The notes: generated by a model from the letters alone, not told the origin. A DNA stretch of 64,000 nucleotides from Bacteroides sp. CAG:927 (GCA_963660915.1 CAVLAO010000001.1:83664-147663), one strand, 5' to 3'. Positions 17,975-29,157 are shown, counted from the stretch's first letter. Numbers and translations: made by a program.

Positions 17975-18577
17975 TTACTTGGAGTACAACTCGACGATGA
18001 GGTGCTCCTCCACGGGGAAATCGACGTCCTCACGCACAGGAAGCTTGGTAATAGTTGCCTTCAGGTCGTTCTTGTCGCGCTCGATCCACTGGGGAGCGGT
18101 AACTGTGATAGCATCCTCGCCCAGGAAACGCTTGAACTTGACGGAAGAACGGCTGGAGTCACGGACAGCGATCACGTCGCCGGCCTTCACCTGGTAAGAA
18201 GGAATGTTGCACTTCTTGCCATTGACGGTAAAGTGACCGTGGTTCACCAACTGACGTGCCTCATGGCGGGTCAGAGCGAAACCAGCGCGGAACACCACGT
18301 TGTCCAGACGACGCTCGCAGAGCACCAGCAGGTTTTCACCGGCCTTACCGGGCATACGCTCGGCGCGCTCATAATAGGAATGGAACTGCTTCTCCAGCAT
18401 GCCATAAACGAACTTAACTTTCTGCTTCTCATTCAGCTGAGTTGCATACTCGCTCTTCTTCTTGCGCTGCTGGTTTGCGGAACCACGCTCGGTGGTCTTT
18501 TTGCTGTAGCCCAGCACAGCGGGGGACAGACCCAGCGCCTTGCAGCGCTTGGCGATCGGCTGCGTATTCTTTGCCAT
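17975..18577 (-). CDS. rpsD: 30S ribosomal protein S4
   Basis: 200 aa. MAKNTQPIAKRCKALG...YGMLEKQF...; S4 domain. Confidence 0.95.
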   Translation of the reverse strand: MAKNTQPIAKRCKALGLSPAVLGYSKKTTERGSANQQRKKKSEYATQLNEKQKVKFVYGMLEKQFHSYYERAERMPGKAGENLLVLCERRLDNVVFRAGFALTRHEARQLVNHGHFTVNGKKCNIPSYQVKAGDVIAVRDSSRSSVKFKRFLGEDAITVTAPQWIERDKNDLKATITKLPVREDVDFPVEEHLIVELYSK

Positions 18578-18598
18578 AATACTTTTCCTCCTTTTCGA

Positions 18599-18997
18599 TT
18601 AAACGCGTCTTCTCTTGGGAGGACGGCAGCCGTTGTGGGGGATGGGGGTCACGTCCTTGATCAGAGTAACTTCCAGACCCACGGCCTGCAGGGCGCGGAT
18701 GGCGGCCTCACGACCGGCACCGGGACCCTTCACGAACACTTCCACACTCTTCAATCCGTACTCCATAGCAGCCTTGGCAGCAGTCTCAGCAGCCATCTGA
18801 GCGGCATAGGGAGTGGACTTACGGGAGCCACGGAAGCCGAGCTCACCGGAGGAAGCCCAGGACAGAGCGTTGCCCTGTGCATCGGTCACAGTGACCATGG
18901 TGTTGTTGAAAGAAGAGCGGATATGCACGGCGCCCTTCTCGACGGTCTTGCGGTCGCGGCGCTTCTTAGTCGCGGCCTTCTTCTTTACGTTTGCCAT
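18599..18997 (-). CDS. rpsK: 30S ribosomal protein S11
   Basis: 132 aa. ...[40 protein letters not shown]... Confidence 0.96.
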   Translation of the reverse strand: MANVKKKAATKKRRDRKTVEKGAVHIRSSFNNTMVTVTDAQGNALSWASSGELGFRGSRKSTPYAAQMAAETAAKAAMEYGLKSVEVFVKGPGAGREAAIRALQAVGLEVTLIKDVTPIPHNGCRPPKRRRV

Positions 18998-19010
18998 TGC
19001 TTATCCCTCC

Positions 19011-19379
19011 TTACTTCTTCTTATTCGCGATGGTCTTCTTCGGGCCCTTACGGGTACGAGCATTGGTCTTGGAGCGCTGGCCGCGGACGGGCAGGCTCTT
19101 GCGGTGACGCACACCGCGATAGGAACCAATCTCGATGAGGCGCTTGATGTCCATAGCCACATTGCGGCGCAGGTCACCTTCCACGATATAGCTCTTGTCG
19201 ATCTCATCGCGGAGCAGCTGCTCCTGTTCCTCGGTCAGATCCCGAACGCGAGTGTCGGGATTGATGCCGGTGGCGGCCAGAATCTTGGTCGCACTGGTGC
19301 GGCCGATACCATAAATATAAGTCAGGCCGATTTCAATTCGCTTGTCCTTCGGCAGGTCAATACCAGCAATACGTGCCAT
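19011..19379 (-). CDS. rpsM: 30S ribosomal protein S13
   Basis: 122 aa. [26 protein letters not shown]... Confidence 0.96.
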   Translation of the reverse strand: MARIAGIDLPKDKRIEIGLTYIYGIGRTSATKILAATGINPDTRVRDLTEEQEQLLRDEIDKSYIVEGDLRRNVAMDIKRLIEIGSYRGVRHRKSLPVRGQRSKTNARTRKGPKKTIANKKK

Positions 19380-19396
19380 ATTATCAATACACCTCC

Positions 19397-19510
19397 TTAA
19401 CCTTGTCTCTGCTTGTGCTTGGGATTCTCACAAATCACCATAACTCTGCCCTTGCGCTTAATGACTTTGCACTTTTCGCACATAGGCTTAACGGACGGTC
19501 TTACTTTCAT
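19397..19510 (-). CDS. rpmJ: 50S ribosomal protein L36
   Basis: Absent from the ORF track because it is too short. My translation is [37 protein letters not shown], with the Zn-ribbon CxxC...C..H pattern. Confidence 0.93.
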   Translation of the reverse strand: MKVRPSVKPMCEKCKVIKRKGRVMVICENPKHKQRQG

Positions 19511-19630
19511 CGTTTTACCTCCTGTTTTGCTGCACGGCGCCGTTCCCTTGTCCAGAGGGCGTATGCCGCGCTTCTCGGCATAACTGCCGGGATGGCGGAA
19601 GTTCCGCCGCCGAAGCGGTACGGAGCAACC

Positions 19631-19849
19631 TTATTTGCTTCTCCAGGTGATCCGGCCGCGGGTCAGATCATAAGGGGACATCTGGACCGTCACCTTATCG
19701 CCCTGGAGGATGCGGATGTAGTTCATGCGAAGCTTGCCGGAGATACCGGCCTGAATCACATGACCATTACCGATATCCACTTTGAATGTGGTGTTGGGCA
19801 GGGTCTCAACTACGACACCCTCAAGCTCGATCATATCACTCTTAGACAA
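19631..19849 (-). CDS. infA: Translation initiation factor IF-1
   Basis: 72 aa. [24 protein letters not shown]...[31 protein letters not shown]. Confidence 0.96.
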   Translation of the reverse strand: MSKSDMIELEGVVVETLPNTTFKVDIGNGHVIQAGISGKLRMNYIRILQGDKVTVQMSPYDLTRGRITWRSK

Positions 19850-20138
19850 ACTGGTTTACCTCCATATTGGTCTGTTCTGATTCGCGGAAGGCAGCAAGCG
19901 CGCACCGAATTGCACGGTCGCTGACGCCTTCGCCTCTTTGCAATCTTATGATTGCCGGATGTGCGCTGGTTCCTACTCTCCTGAGATGACTCTCACGCTT
20001 GCGCTTCGGAGTAGCCAGCTTTCTCTCCTTTCCGTTCACAATGCGGGCAAATCCGTCCTGAGCGTCAAGCACACAGAACAGTTGGCCGGCATCATGGCCT
20101 TTCAGAGAGAGAACGATTTCGCCTTTGGTATATGCCAT
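19842..20138 (-). CDS. KOW-domain RNA-binding protein (small conserved gene between map and infA)
   Basis: Start at [23 protein letters not shown]... (ATG 20138). It overlaps the infA start by 8 nt. Position and KOW-like N-terminus are as in many Firmicutes. Confidence 0.7.
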   Translation of the reverse strand: MAYTKGEIVLSLKGHDAGQLFCVLDAQDGFARIVNGKERKLATPKRKRESHLRRVGTSAHPAIIRLQRGEGVSDRAIRCALAAFRESEQTNMEVNQFV

Positions 20139-20140
20139 AC

Positions 20141-20956
20141 TCAATCCTCGTCGCAACAGGTCAGAATTTCCGGCCCGGCTTCCGTGATGAGAATGGTGTT
20201 TTCATAATGTGCCGCCAACTTGTGATCAGCCGTCATGGGCACTGTCCATCCGTCCGGCATCCACTTGTTTCGGATGTCTGCCGATCCGGCATTCACCATC
20301 GGTTCAACGCAGATGACCATGTTGGGGACAAGACGCTCATTCCGTCCTTTTTCAGGCACATAGTTCGGGACCTCCGGATCTTCGTGAACCGTATGACCAA
20401 TGCCGTGACCGGTATATTCCCGGACAAGGCTGTAGCCATGCTCCTCCACGTAGGTCTGTACCGCACGAGAAACGTCAAACACGCGATTGCCGGGCTTGGC
20501 CTGCTCAAAGCCCTTCCAGAAGCTCTGCTCCGTCACTTCAATGAGGCGCTTGGCTTCCGGAGAAATCTCGCCGCAGGCAAAGGTGGCGCAGCAATCTCCG
20601 TGATATCCTCCGCTGGCGCACTTATTGCGGTCCAGTTGGTAGTCGCCAATGCAGGCGCCCACATCAACAGACACAATATCGCCTTCTTTTAACTTGTAGG
20701 ATCCGGGCACGCCATGGATAATCTCATCATTGATGGAGATGCAGGCAGAGCCCTTGAACCCGTACAGGTGATAAAAAGAAGGATACCCTCCGTGTTTCTT
20801 GATGAATTTCTCGACTTCGTGGTCGATGTCCCGTGTTGTGATGCCAGGCTGGATCAACGTACCTGCATAGGCACGCGCCATTGCCGTCAGCCGCCCCGCT
20901 TTTCGCATCAGCTCGATTTGATGCGGGGAGAACGACAAGCAGTTGCCTTTGATCAC
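20141..20956 (-). CDS. map: Type I methionine aminopeptidase
   Basis: 271 aa with a GTG start overlapping the adk stop (GTGA). ...GYPSF...[13 protein letters not shown]...[10 protein letters not shown]...[11 protein letters not shown]... Confidence 0.93.
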   Translation of the reverse strand: MIKGNCLSFSPHQIELMRKAGRLTAMARAYAGTLIQPGITTRDIDHEVEKFIKKHGGYPSFYHLYGFKGSACISINDEIIHGVPGSYKLKEGDIVSVDVGACIGDYQLDRNKCASGGYHGDCCATFACGEISPEAKRLIEVTEQSFWKGFEQAKPGNRVFDVSRAVQTYVEEHGYSLVREYTGHGIGHTVHEDPEVPNYVPEKGRNERLVPNMVICVEPMVNAGSADIRNKWMPDGWTVPMTADHKLAAHYENTILITEAGPEILTCCDED

Positions 20957-21582
20957 TTCAGCACCTCCATGATGACCGCCGTAGTGGCCTCAATGGTGGG
21001 CTGGTTGTCGATGCTCTTCAGCACGCCGCGCTGGGCATAGAAGCTCTTCAGCGGTTCGGTCTCCTCGTGATATGTCACTAGGCGAGCCTTTACCGTTTCG
21101 GGCTTGTCATCCTTGCGCTGCTGCAGTGCCTCGCCGCATTTATCGCACACACCCTCCTGCTTGGGGGGAGCTGCTACAATGTGGTAAGTAGCTCCGCACT
21201 TGATGCAGGTACGGCGGCCGGTCATGCGCTTTTCGATCTCCTCATCGGAAATCTCAATGGAGACAACGGCATCGAACTTGACGCCGGCGGCTTCCAACGC
21301 TTCTGCCTGAGCGATCGTGCGGGGCACGCCGTCCAAGATAAAGCCGTTCTGGCAATCCGCCTCGGCCAGCCGTTCCGTGATTACACCAATAATGACTTCA
21401 TCCGGAACCAGCTTGCCGGCGTCCATATATTCCTTGGCCCGCAGTCCCACCGGCGTGCCGTTTGCAACGGCAGCCCGCAGGATGTTGCCTGTGGAAATTG
21501 TGGGAATGTTCAGCTTTTTGCTGATAATTTCGGCCTGAGTGCCTTTACCGGCACCGGGCGCACCCAAAAGGATCAGCTTCAT
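20953..21582 (-). CDS. adk: Adenylate kinase
   Basis: I start at [18 protein letters not shown] (ATG 21582, AAGGAG RBS). Zn-lid CIKCGATYH...CDKCG. Confidence 0.95.
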   Translation of the reverse strand: MKLILLGAPGAGKGTQAEIISKKLNIPTISTGNILRAAVANGTPVGLRAKEYMDAGKLVPDEVIIGVITERLAEADCQNGFILDGVPRTIAQAEALEAAGVKFDAVVSIEISDEEIEKRMTGRRTCIKCGATYHIVAAPPKQEGVCDKCGEALQQRKDDKPETVKARLVTYHEETEPLKSFYAQRGVLKSIDNQPTIEATTAVIMEVLK

Positions 21583-21597
21583 ATTCAATCGCGCTCC

Positions 21598-22902
21598 TTA
21601 CTCCAGGAATCCCTTGTAATGACGCATCATCATCTGTGCCTCCAGTGCCTTCTGGGTTTCCAGAGCAACGGAAACAACGATCAGCACAGAAGTGCCGCCG
21701 ATTGCCAGATAGCTGGCGCCGATGATTGCACCGGTGACGATGGGCAGAATTGCCACCACGGACAGGTACAGAGCACCGAACATGGTGATCTTATTCAGCA
21801 CCTTGGAGATGAACTCCACCGTGGGACGGCCGGGACGGAAACCGGGGATAAATCCACCCTGCTTCTTCAGGTTGTTGGCCACTTCCACGGGATTGAACTG
21901 AATCGTAGCGTAGAAATAGCTGAAACCAATGATCAGCAGGAAGTAAACCACGCAGTAGAGAACACTGGTGGTGTCGAACACGCGCATGAACCAGCTGTCC
22001 TGCCATTTCGGCACAAAGGCCGCAATGGTGGCAGGGATCGAAGCGATGGTCTGAGCGAAAATGATCGGCAGAACGCCGGACATGTTCACCTTCATTGGGA
22101 TGCTGGTGGTGTTGCCTCCCATCATCTTGCGACCGACCACGCGCTTTGCGTACTGCACAGGCAGGCGACGCTCAGCGAGGGTGATGAAGATAACAAAGAT
22201 AACCATTGCCAGCATGCCGATGACAATCGCCACAGCGCCGACAGGATGAATGCGGAGAGCACCATCTGTAGTGACGCCCTTTGCCCAGTTGGCAATGCCG
22301 GTGTACATCGCCTGCACTGCAGTGGGCACGCGGGACACAATGCCCGCAAACAAGATGATAGAAATACCGTTGCCAATGCCAAACTCGGTGATCTGCTCGC
22401 CCAGCCACATAGTGAAGGCAGAACCGGCAGTAAACACAAGAATGATCACAATGGCAGCCCATACGCCCGTGTTGTCGCCCAGGAAGTTCTGAGTACGGCA
22501 GAGCATGTAGTAACCAAAGGCCTGCAACAGACCAATCGCTACGGTTGCATAACGGGTAATGGCGGCAATCTTCTTCTTACCGTCCTCGCCGCCGTCCTTG
22601 GCAAGGCGCTCAAGGGCGGGAATGGCGATGGTCAACAGCTGAATGATGATGGAGCTGTTAATGTAGGGCTGAATACCCAGTGCCAACACAGTGGCGCGGC
22701 CAAAGGCACCACCGCTCATCACATTCATCATACCGAGAATGGTAGAGCTTGCGTTGGAGAAGTAGGCAGCCAGAAGGGTGGTGTCCACAAAGGGAACCGG
22801 GATGTTATTGCCGAGGCGGAAAATCAGAATGATGAACGCCGTCATCAGCAACTTTTTCCTCAGCTCGGGGATCTTCCATGCATTACGGATGGTCTCCAGC
22901 AT
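21598..22902 (-). CDS. secY: Preprotein translocase subunit SecY
   Basis: 434 aa, 10-TM pattern. ...LGIQPYINSSIIIQLL... Confidence 0.96.
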   Translation of the reverse strand: MLETIRNAWKIPELRKKLLMTAFIILIFRLGNNIPVPFVDTTLLAAYFSNASSTILGMMNVMSGGAFGRATVLALGIQPYINSSIIIQLLTIAIPALERLAKDGGEDGKKKIAAITRYATVAIGLLQAFGYYMLCRTQNFLGDNTGVWAAIVIILVFTAGSAFTMWLGEQITEFGIGNGISIILFAGIVSRVPTAVQAMYTGIANWAKGVTTDGALRIHPVGAVAIVIGMLAMVIFVIFITLAERRLPVQYAKRVVGRKMMGGNTTSIPMKVNMSGVLPIIFAQTIASIPATIAAFVPKWQDSWFMRVFDTTSVLYCVVYFLLIIGFSYFYATIQFNPVEVANNLKKQGGFIPGFRPGRPTVEFISKVLNKITMFGALYLSVVAILPIVTGAIIGASYLAIGGTSVLIVVSVALETQKALEAQMMMRHYKGFLE

Positions 22903-22903
22903 C

Positions 22904-23341
22904 TCAGATCACCTCGGCCTTTCCTCCTGCAGCTTCGATCTTTTCCTTAGCGGAAGCGGAAAAGGCGGAGGCCTGGACAGTGAGCTTCTTAGTGATCTCA
23001 CCGTTACCCAGAATCTTCACACCGTACTCGCACTTGGAGACGACACCGGTGGCCAACAGAGCCTGAGCGTCGACTGTTGCGCCGTCCTCAAACTTGTTGA
23101 GTGCGGACACGTTAATTGCGGTCAGAGGCTTCGCAAAGATATTGTGGAAGCCGCGCTTCGGCAGACGACGAGCCAGAGGCATCTGGCCGCCTTCGAAACC
23201 GATACGGGTATGGCCGCTGCGGGCCAGCTGACCCTTGTGACCTTTACCGGCAGTCTTACCGTTGCCGGAACCGTGGCCACGGCCCTTACGCTTAGCGCTG
23301 AAGGTGGAGCCGGCTGCGGGGGACAGTTCAGAAAGTTTCAT
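22904..23341 (-). CDS. rplO: 50S ribosomal protein L15
   Basis: 145 aa. [38 protein letters not shown]... Confidence 0.95.
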   Translation of the reverse strand: MKLSELSPAAGSTFSAKRKGRGHGSGNGKTAGKGHKGQLARSGHTRIGFEGGQMPLARRLPKRGFHNIFAKPLTAINVSALNKFEDGATVDAQALLATGVVSKCEYGVKILGNGEITKKLTVQASAFSASAKEKIEAAGGKAEVI

Positions 23342-23358
23342 TACCGTGCACCTCCTTC

Positions 23359-23541
23359 TTACTGCTGCTCGGTCACCTGGAGCAGGTAACCGATCTGAGC
23401 GATCTTGCCGCGAGTCTGGACATTGTCCGGCTGAACGGTGGAATCACCGATCTTGCGCAGACCCAGGGAGGCGGCGGTAGCAATGTGCTTAGCATGGCGG
23501 CCGTTCAGGCTCTTGACCAGCTTAATGTTCAGGTTAGCCAT
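23359..23541 (-). CDS. rpmD: 50S ribosomal protein L30
   Basis: 60 aa. [32 protein letters not shown]... Confidence 0.93.
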   Translation of the reverse strand: MANLNIKLVKSLNGRHAKHIATAASLGLRKIGDSTVQPDNVQTRGKIAQIGYLLQVTEQQ

Positions 23542-23556
23542 TTTCGTGAACCCTCC

Positions 23557-24060
23557 TTACACGATCTCGTCCACGCTCTTGCCGCGGGTCTTTGCGACCT
23601 GCTCAGGAGTGCGGAGTGCCTTCAGGCCCTCGAAAGTGGCACGAATGACGTTCTGGGGGTTGTTGGAGCGCAGGCACTTGGTACGGATGTCGCCAATGCC
23701 GGCAGCTTCCATGACTGCACGAACCGGACCGCCGGCGATAACGCCGGTACCGGAGGGAGCGGGCTTCAGCAGCACGCGGCCTGCGGAGAAGGTGCCGGTG
23801 ACTTCGTGGGGGATGGAAGTACCAACCATGGCCACGGTGATCATGTTCTTCTTAGCATCCTCGATGCCCTTGCGAATTGCCTCAGGCACCTCAGCGGCCT
23901 TACCCAGACCGAAGCCGACGCGGCCCTTGCCGTCGCCCACGACCATCAGTGCGGAGAACTTCATGACGCGGCCGCCCTTAACGGTCTTGCTGACGCGGTT
24001 CAGGTAAACGACCTTCTCGATCATTTCGTCCTTCTTCTGATCTCTATCAAATCTAGCCAT
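23557..24060 (-). CDS. rpsE: 30S ribosomal protein S5
   Basis: 167 aa. ...[39 protein letters not shown]... Confidence 0.96.
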   Translation of the reverse strand: MARFDRDQKKDEMIEKVVYLNRVSKTVKGGRVMKFSALMVVGDGKGRVGFGLGKAAEVPEAIRKGIEDAKKNMITVAMVGTSIPHEVTGTFSAGRVLLKPAPSGTGVIAGGPVRAVMEAAGIGDIRTKCLRSNNPQNVIRATFEGLKALRTPEQVAKTRGKSVDEIV

Positions 24061-24077
24061 TGTGTTTCCTCCTCCCC

Positions 24078-24437
24078 TTAAAAGTTCAGGCCGCCCTCAC
24101 GGGCGCCTTCGGCCAGAGCCTGCACACGGCCGTGGTAGACATAGCCGCCACGATCGAACACAACAGTCTCAATGCCTTTAGCCTTTGCGCGTTCAGCGAT
24201 CATCTCGCCGACCTTACGGGCAGCTTCCACGTTGCCGCCCTTGCCCTCAAAGGCCTTATCCAGGGAAGAAGCGGAAACCAAAGTCACGCCGTTGACATCG
24301 TCGATGACCTGGGCGTAGATATTGGTCTCGCTGCGGAACACATTCAAGCGGGGTCTCTCGGGGGTGCCGGAGATCTTACCGCGGACGCGCTTATGACGCT
24401 TCAGACGCTGCGCGTTGGTGTTGGGTCTTTTAATCAT
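24078..24437 (-). CDS. rplR: 50S ribosomal protein L18
   Basis: 119 aa. ...[20 protein letters not shown]...[27 protein letters not shown]. Confidence 0.95.
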   Translation of the reverse strand: MIKRPNTNAQRLKRHKRVRGKISGTPERPRLNVFRSETNIYAQVIDDVNGVTLVSASSLDKAFEGKGGNVEAARKVGEMIAERAKAKGIETVVFDRGGYVYHGRVQALAEGAREGGLNF

Positions 24438-24451
24438 TTAGGCACACCTCC

Positions 24452-25000
24452 TTATTTCTTCTTGGCGCCGGTCTTGCCTTCCTTGCGGCGGATGACCTCA
24501 TCGGCGTACTTGATACCCTTGCCCTTATAAGGCTCAGGCGGACGGATGGAACGAACCTCAGCGGCGAACTGACCAACCTTCTGCTTGTCGCAGCCAATCA
24601 CGTTGATGTGGTTAGCGTCGGTCACCTCGAGGGAGATGTCGTCAGTCTCGTCAACAAAAACCTGATGGGAGAAACCCACGTTCAGGACGACCTGCTTGCC
24701 CTGCTTTGCAGCACGGTAGCCGATGCCGTTGATCTCGAGGGTCTTAGTGAAGCCCTCGGTCACGCCCACGACCATGTTGTGCAGCAGGCTGCGGGTCAGG
24801 CCGTGAAGAGAACGGCTCTCCTTCAGATCATTGGGGCGGGTAACGGTCAGCACGCCATTGTCCTGAGCGATGGTCAGGATGGGGCTGAAGGTCTGGGTCA
24901 GGGTGCCCTTGGGACCCTTGACGGTGACCACATTGCCGTCAGCGATCGTAATAGTGACGCCGGCGGGGATGGTCACGGGAGCTCTACCAATTCTGGACAT
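24452..25000 (-). CDS. rplF: 50S ribosomal protein L6
   Basis: 182 aa. [19 protein letters not shown]....V.VKGPKGTL... Confidence 0.95.
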   Translation of the reverse strand: MSRIGRAPVTIPAGVTITIADGNVVTVKGPKGTLTQTFSPILTIAQDNGVLTVTRPNDLKESRSLHGLTRSLLHNMVVGVTEGFTKTLEINGIGYRAAKQGKQVVLNVGFSHQVFVDETDDISLEVTDANHINVIGCDKQKVGQFAAEVRSIRPPEPYKGKGIKYADEVIRRKEGKTGAKKK

Positions 25001-25018
25001 AATTCTCGTAAACCTCCC

Positions 25019-25414
25019 TTACCAAACAAACGCCAGGACTTCGCCGCCGATGTGCTGCGCACGAGCAGCCTTATCGGTCATGACGCCCTTAGAGGTGGAA
25101 ATGATGGCCACGCCCAGGCCGCGCAGCACGCGAGGCAGCTCGTCAGCACCGGCGTAGACACGCAGGCCGGGCTTGGAGACACGACGCAGGCCGGAGATGA
25201 CCTTCTCGTTGCCATTGTACTTCAGAGTGATGCGAATGACGCCCTGAGTACCGTCGTCGATCAGCTGGAAGTTCTTGATGTAACCCTCGTCCAGCAGGAT
25301 CTGAGCGATGGCCTTCTTCATGTTGGAAGCGGGCACATCCACAGTGGGATGCTTCGCCGTGTTCGCGTTGCGAATACGGGTGAGCATATCCGCAATAGGA
25401 TCAGTGATATGCAT
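25019..25414 (-). CDS. rpsH: 30S ribosomal protein S8
   Basis: Start at [17 protein letters not shown] (ATG 25414, GGAGG RBS 9 nt upstream). The ORF-track start at 25447 is upstream of the RBS. Confidence 0.95.
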   Translation of the reverse strand: MHITDPIADMLTRIRNANTAKHPTVDVPASNMKKAIAQILLDEGYIKNFQLIDDGTQGVIRITLKYNGNEKVISGLRRVSKPGLRVYAGADELPRVLRGLGVAIISTSKGVMTDKAARAQHIGGEVLAFVW

Positions 25415-25603
25415 GGATTTTGACCTCCTTGTAAAGGTTACAGGCAAAGCCTGTTTAAGATGCCAGGGTATCAGAGGAATGTAAGCAGAAAGCTTTTAAT
25501 GACTGTCCGCAGCACACGCCGCAGCAATTTTGAAGCCCCAACCCCGTGTTCCAATGACTTCTGGCATCAGTTTAACAGTTCTGTAGTGAAGAGGCAGCCC
25601 GGA

Positions 25604-25789
25604 TTACCAGGAAGCCTTCTTCACGCCGGGAATCTGACCCTTATAGGCCAGCTCACGGAAGCAGACACGGCACACGCCGTAGTTGCGCAGATAAGCATGG
25701 GGACGGCCGCACAGCTTGCAGCGGTTGTACTGACGGCTGGAGAACTTAGCAGGACGCTGCTGCTTAACGATCATAGACTTCTTAGCCAT
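25604..25789 (-). CDS. rpsN: 30S ribosomal protein S14, zinc-binding type Z
   Basis: 61 aa. [61 protein letters not shown] (CxxC...CxxC). Confidence 0.96.
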   Translation of the reverse strand: MAKKSMIVKQQRPAKFSSRQYNRCKLCGRPHAYLRNYGVCRVCFRELAYKGQIPGVKKASW

Positions 25790-25804
25790 TGTTGTTCTCC
25801 CTCC

Positions 25805-26344
25805 TTACTTGGCGAACGGAGCACCGAGCTGGCTGAGCAGCTCGCGGCCCTCTTCGTCGGTCTGTGCAGTAGTGACGATGATGATATCCATGCCGCGGAT
25901 CTTGTCGATCTGGTCGAACTCGATCTCGGGGAAGATGATCTGTTCCTTCAGGCCCAGGGCATAGTTGCCGCGGCCGTCAAAGGAGTCTGCAGAAATACCG
26001 CGGAAATCGCGGACACGGGGCAGAGCGATGCAGAACAAACGCTCCAGGAACTCCCACATCTTGTCCTGACGCAGGGTCACCTTTGCACCGATGGGCATGC
26101 CTTCACGCACCTTGAAGTTAGCAACGCTCTTCTTGGCCTTGGTGATAACTGCCTTCTGGCCGGTGATCTTGGTCAGATCGGAAACAACAGCGTCCAGAAC
26201 CTTGGCATTTTCACGAGCCTCGGAGCAACCGACGTTGATGATGATCTTGTCCAGACGGGGAATCTGCATGGTGGAGGAATAGCCGAACTTGCTCATCAGA
26301 GCAGGAGCGACTTCTTCCTGATACTTCGTTTTCAGAGTAGGCAT
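25805..26344 (-). CDS. rplE: 50S ribosomal protein L5
   Basis: 179 aa. [39 protein letters not shown]... Confidence 0.96.
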   Translation of the reverse strand: MPTLKTKYQEEVAPALMSKFGYSSTMQIPRLDKIIINVGCSEARENAKVLDAVVSDLTKITGQKAVITKAKKSVANFKVREGMPIGAKVTLRQDKMWEFLERLFCIALPRVRDFRGISADSFDGRGNYALGLKEQIIFPEIEFDQIDKIRGMDIIIVTTAQTDEEGRELLSQLGAPFAK

Positions 26345-26362
26345 TTAGTTTCGCTCCTTTCC

Positions 26363-26680
26363 TCAGATTTCGGCGCCGCACTTCTTGCAGACGCGAACCT
26401 TCTTGCCATCGGCCAGCAGCTTGTGTGCGGGACGAGTGGGCTTGTTGCACTTGGGGCAGACACGCTGCACCTTGCATGCGTAAATGGGGGCTTCCATCTT
26501 CACGATGCCGCCCTGCTCAGTCTGGCTGATGGGCTTCTTGTGCTTGGTGGCGATGTTCACGCCCTCAACAACAACCTTGCCCTCGGAAGGCATGACAGAC
26601 AGGACCTTGCCCTGCTTGCCCTTGTCCTTGCCGGACAGAACGACGACGAGGTCGTCCTTCTTAATGCTGATAGTATTCAT
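26363..26680 (-). CDS. rplX: 50S ribosomal protein L24 (KOW) with a C-terminal CxxC...CxxC segment
   Basis: 105 aa. ...[22 protein letters not shown]...CPKCNKPTR...CKKCGAEI. Confidence 0.94.
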   Translation of the reverse strand: MNTISIKKDDLVVVLSGKDKGKQGKVLSVMPSEGKVVVEGVNIATKHKKPISQTEQGGIVKMEAPIYACKVQRVCPKCNKPTRPAHKLLADGKKVRVCKKCGAEI

Positions 26681-26696
26681 TATTCGGGCGCCCTCC

Positions 26697-27065
26697 TTAA
26701 ATCACTTCGGGAGCCAGAGACAGGATCTTCATGAAGTCCTTGTCGCGCAGCTCGCGGGCCACTGGCCCAAAGATACGGGTACCGCGGGGGGTGTTGTCGT
26801 CCTTGATCAGAACAGCGGCGTTCTCATCAAAGCGAACATAAGAACCGTCTGCACGACGGACGCCACGCACGGTACGGACGATAACAGCCTTGACGACTTC
26901 GCCCTTCTTAACCTGACCGCCGGGAGCAGCCTTGCGCACGGAAGCAACAATGACGTCGCCAATGTTGCCGTACTTACGCTTGGAGCCGCCCAGGACGCGG
27001 ATGGTCTTGATCTCCTTGGCGCCGGTATTATCGGCAACCTTCAGATAGCTCTCTTCCTGAATCAT
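26697..27065 (-). CDS. rplN: 50S ribosomal protein L14
   Basis: 122 aa. [37 protein letters not shown]... Confidence 0.97.
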   Translation of the reverse strand: MIQEESYLKVADNTGAKEIKTIRVLGGSKRKYGNIGDVIVASVRKAAPGGQVKKGEVVKAVIVRTVRGVRRADGSYVRFDENAAVLIKDDNTPRGTRIFGPVARELRDKDFMKILSLAPEVI

Positions 27066-27080
27066 ACGTTGGGCACCTCC

Positions 27081-27341
27081 TTACTTCGCCTTCTCGACGA
27101 TCTCGACCACTCTCCAACGCTTATCCTTGGAAAGAGGACGGGTCTCCATGACGCGAACGCGGTCGCCGACGCGGCACTCATTGTTCTCGTCATGTGCTTT
27201 CAGCTTATAGGTTCTCTTGACGATCTTCTTGTACAGGGGGTGAGCCACACGGTCGGCGATGGCCACAACGATCGTCTTATCCATCTTATCGGAAACGACC
27301 ATGCCGACTCTGGTCTTGCGGGAAGAAGTTCTGTTTTCCAT
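27081..27341 (-). CDS. rpsQ: 30S ribosomal protein S17
   Basis: I start at [26 protein letters not shown] (ATG 27341, GAAGGAGG RBS 9 nt upstream). The TTG at 27347 in the ORF track sits too close to the RBS. Confidence 0.94.
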   Translation of the reverse strand: MENRTSSRKTRVGMVVSDKMDKTIVVAIADRVAHPLYKKIVKRTYKLKAHDENNECRVGDRVRVMETRPLSKDKRWRVVEIVEKAK

Positions 27342-27360
27342 GTTCAATTTCCTCCTTCAA

Positions 27361-27564
27361 TTAGTCGGCGTTAGAAGCGCTCTGCTTCTCACGGATGATG
27401 GTCTTAACACGGGCGATGTCCTTCTTGACATCATTGATCTTGTTGGGGTTATCCAACTGATTGGTGGCGTTCTGAAGGCGCAGGTTGAACAGGTCCTTCT
27501 TCAGATCCGCCAGTTTCTGCTCCAATGCCTCAACGGTCATGGCGCGAACTTCGGTAGCCTTCAT
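27361..27564 (-). CDS. rpmC: 50S ribosomal protein L29
   Basis: 67 aa. [31 protein letters not shown]... ATGA overlap with the rplP stop. Confidence 0.94.
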   Translation of the reverse strand: MKATEVRAMTVEALEQKLADLKKDLFNLRLQNATNQLDNPNKINDVKKDIARVKTIIREKQSASNAD

Positions 27565-27983
27565 TACGCTTCACCTTCTTCCTTAGTCACGATCTTGCAC
27601 TTGACAGGCAGCTTGTGCATAGCCAGACGCAGAGCCTCGCGGGCAACTTCCTCGGAAACGCCGGCGATCTCAAACATAACGCGGCCGGGCTTTACCACAG
27701 CCACCCAGCTCTCCACGTTGCCCTTACCTTTACCCATACGAACCTCAGCGGGCTTGTGGGTGTAGGGCTTGTCGGGGAAGATCTTGATCCAGACCTGACC
27801 GCCACGCTTGGTGTAACGGGTCATGGCCACACGAGCGGCCTCGATCTGGTTGCTGGTGATCCATGCCGGCTCCAAGGACTGGAGACCGTACTCGCCGTAG
27901 TTAACCTTGTTGCCGCGGGTAGCCTTACCGGTCATGCGGCCGCGGAACTGCTTGCGGCGCTTAACTCTTTTGGGCATCAGCAT
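27564..27983 (-). CDS. rplP: 50S ribosomal protein L16
   Basis: 139 aa. [25 protein letters not shown]... TAATG overlap with the rpsC stop. Confidence 0.97.
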   Translation of the reverse strand: MLMPKRVKRRKQFRGRMTGKATRGNKVNYGEYGLQSLEPAWITSNQIEAARVAMTRYTKRGGQVWIKIFPDKPYTHKPAEVRMGKGKGNVESWVAVVKPGRVMFEIAGVSEEVAREALRLAMHKLPVKCKIVTKEEGEA

Positions 27984-28789
27984 TAGCGATCTCCTCCTTC
28001 CTCAGTCTTGCGGGGACCACGATTGTTATTGCGATTGTAGGGGCGGCGATCACCGTCACGGCGCTGGCCGCGGCCATTGCGGGGACGATCGCTGCGCTCA
28101 CGATAGGGCTTGCTCAGATCCAGAGTACGGGGCGTAGTGCGCAGGCTCTGGCTCAGAATCTCTCCCTTGTACACCCAAACCTTGATGCCGATGCGGCCAT
28201 AGGTGGTGTTTGCCTCAGCGAAGCCGTAGTCAATATCGGCACGCAGAGTCTGCAGAGGAATGGTACCCTCATGATACTGCTCAACGCGGGCGATCTCAGC
28301 GCCAGCCAGACGGCCGGACAGCTTGACCTTGATGCCCTTTGCGCCGGAACGCATGGCACGGGAGATAGCATTCTTCATTGCACGGCGGAAGGAGGTACGC
28401 TTCTCGATCTGCTGGGCGATGTTTTCAGCGACCAGCTGAGCGTTGGCGTCAATCTCGTTACGCTTGACTTCCACGATGGAGAGCTTCACGTTCTTGCCGG
28501 TCATCTTGGCCAGAGCAGCCTCGATGTCCTCAACCTGGCTCTTGCTCTTATCGGTGCCCACGATCATGCCGGGGCGAGCGCAGTGCACAAACACCTGAAC
28601 CTTCTCGTTGCTCCGCTCGATCTCGATCTTGGGAACACCGGCGGAATAGAGGGTCTTCTTCAGGAACTCACGAATCTTCTTATCCTCGACCAGCAGGTCA
28701 CCGACCTGATTGTCGCGAGCATACCAGCGAGAGTCCCAGTCTTTGATGACACCCACACGGAAACCGTGGGGATTGACTTTCTGTCCCAT
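27983..28789 (-). CDS. rpsC: 30S ribosomal protein S3 with an Arg/Gly/Asn/Asp-rich C-terminal extension
   Basis: 268 aa. [24 protein letters not shown]... The tail is ...[40 protein letters not shown]. Confidence 0.96.
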   Translation of the reverse strand: MGQKVNPHGFRVGVIKDWDSRWYARDNQVGDLLVEDKKIREFLKKTLYSAGVPKIEIERSNEKVQVFVHCARPGMIVGTDKSKSQVEDIEAALAKMTGKNVKLSIVEVKRNEIDANAQLVAENIAQQIEKRTSFRRAMKNAISRAMRSGAKGIKVKLSGRLAGAEIARVEQYHEGTIPLQTLRADIDYGFAEANTTYGRIGIKVWVYKGEILSQSLRTTPRTLDLSKPYRERSDRPRNGRGQRRDGDRRPYNRNNNRGPRKTEEGGDR

Positions 28790-28806
28790 AAACTAAACCT
28801 CCTCGC

Positions 28807-29142
28807 TTATTCTTTCTCGCTCACCACGACGGTGATGTGAGAGGTACGCTTGTTGATCCGATAGCCGCGGCCCTGAGCACGGGGCATCATGCGCTTCAGG
28901 ATAGGACCGGGAGTAGCATAAGTCGCAGAGACATACAGCTTTTCCGGATCCATGTTGAAGTTATTCTCCGCGTTGGCGGCAGCACTCTTAACCAGCTTGC
29001 TCAGCAGAGGAGAAGCGGCCTTGGGAGTAGCCATCAGGATGGCCTGAGCCTGAGCAACGGACTTGCCGCGGATCAGGTCACAGACGATGCCAACCTTACG
29101 GGGAGAGATACGAGCATAGCTCAAAACTGCTTTTGCTTCCAT
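28807..29142 (-). CDS. rplV: 50S ribosomal protein L22
   Basis: 111 aa. [36 protein letters not shown]... Confidence 0.95.
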   Translation of the reverse strand: MEAKAVLSYARISPRKVGIVCDLIRGKSVAQAQAILMATPKAASPLLSKLVKSAAANAENNFNMDPEKLYVSATYATPGPILKRMMPRAQGRGYRINKRTSHITVVVSEKE

Positions 29143-29157
29143 TGTAATCTCTCCTCC

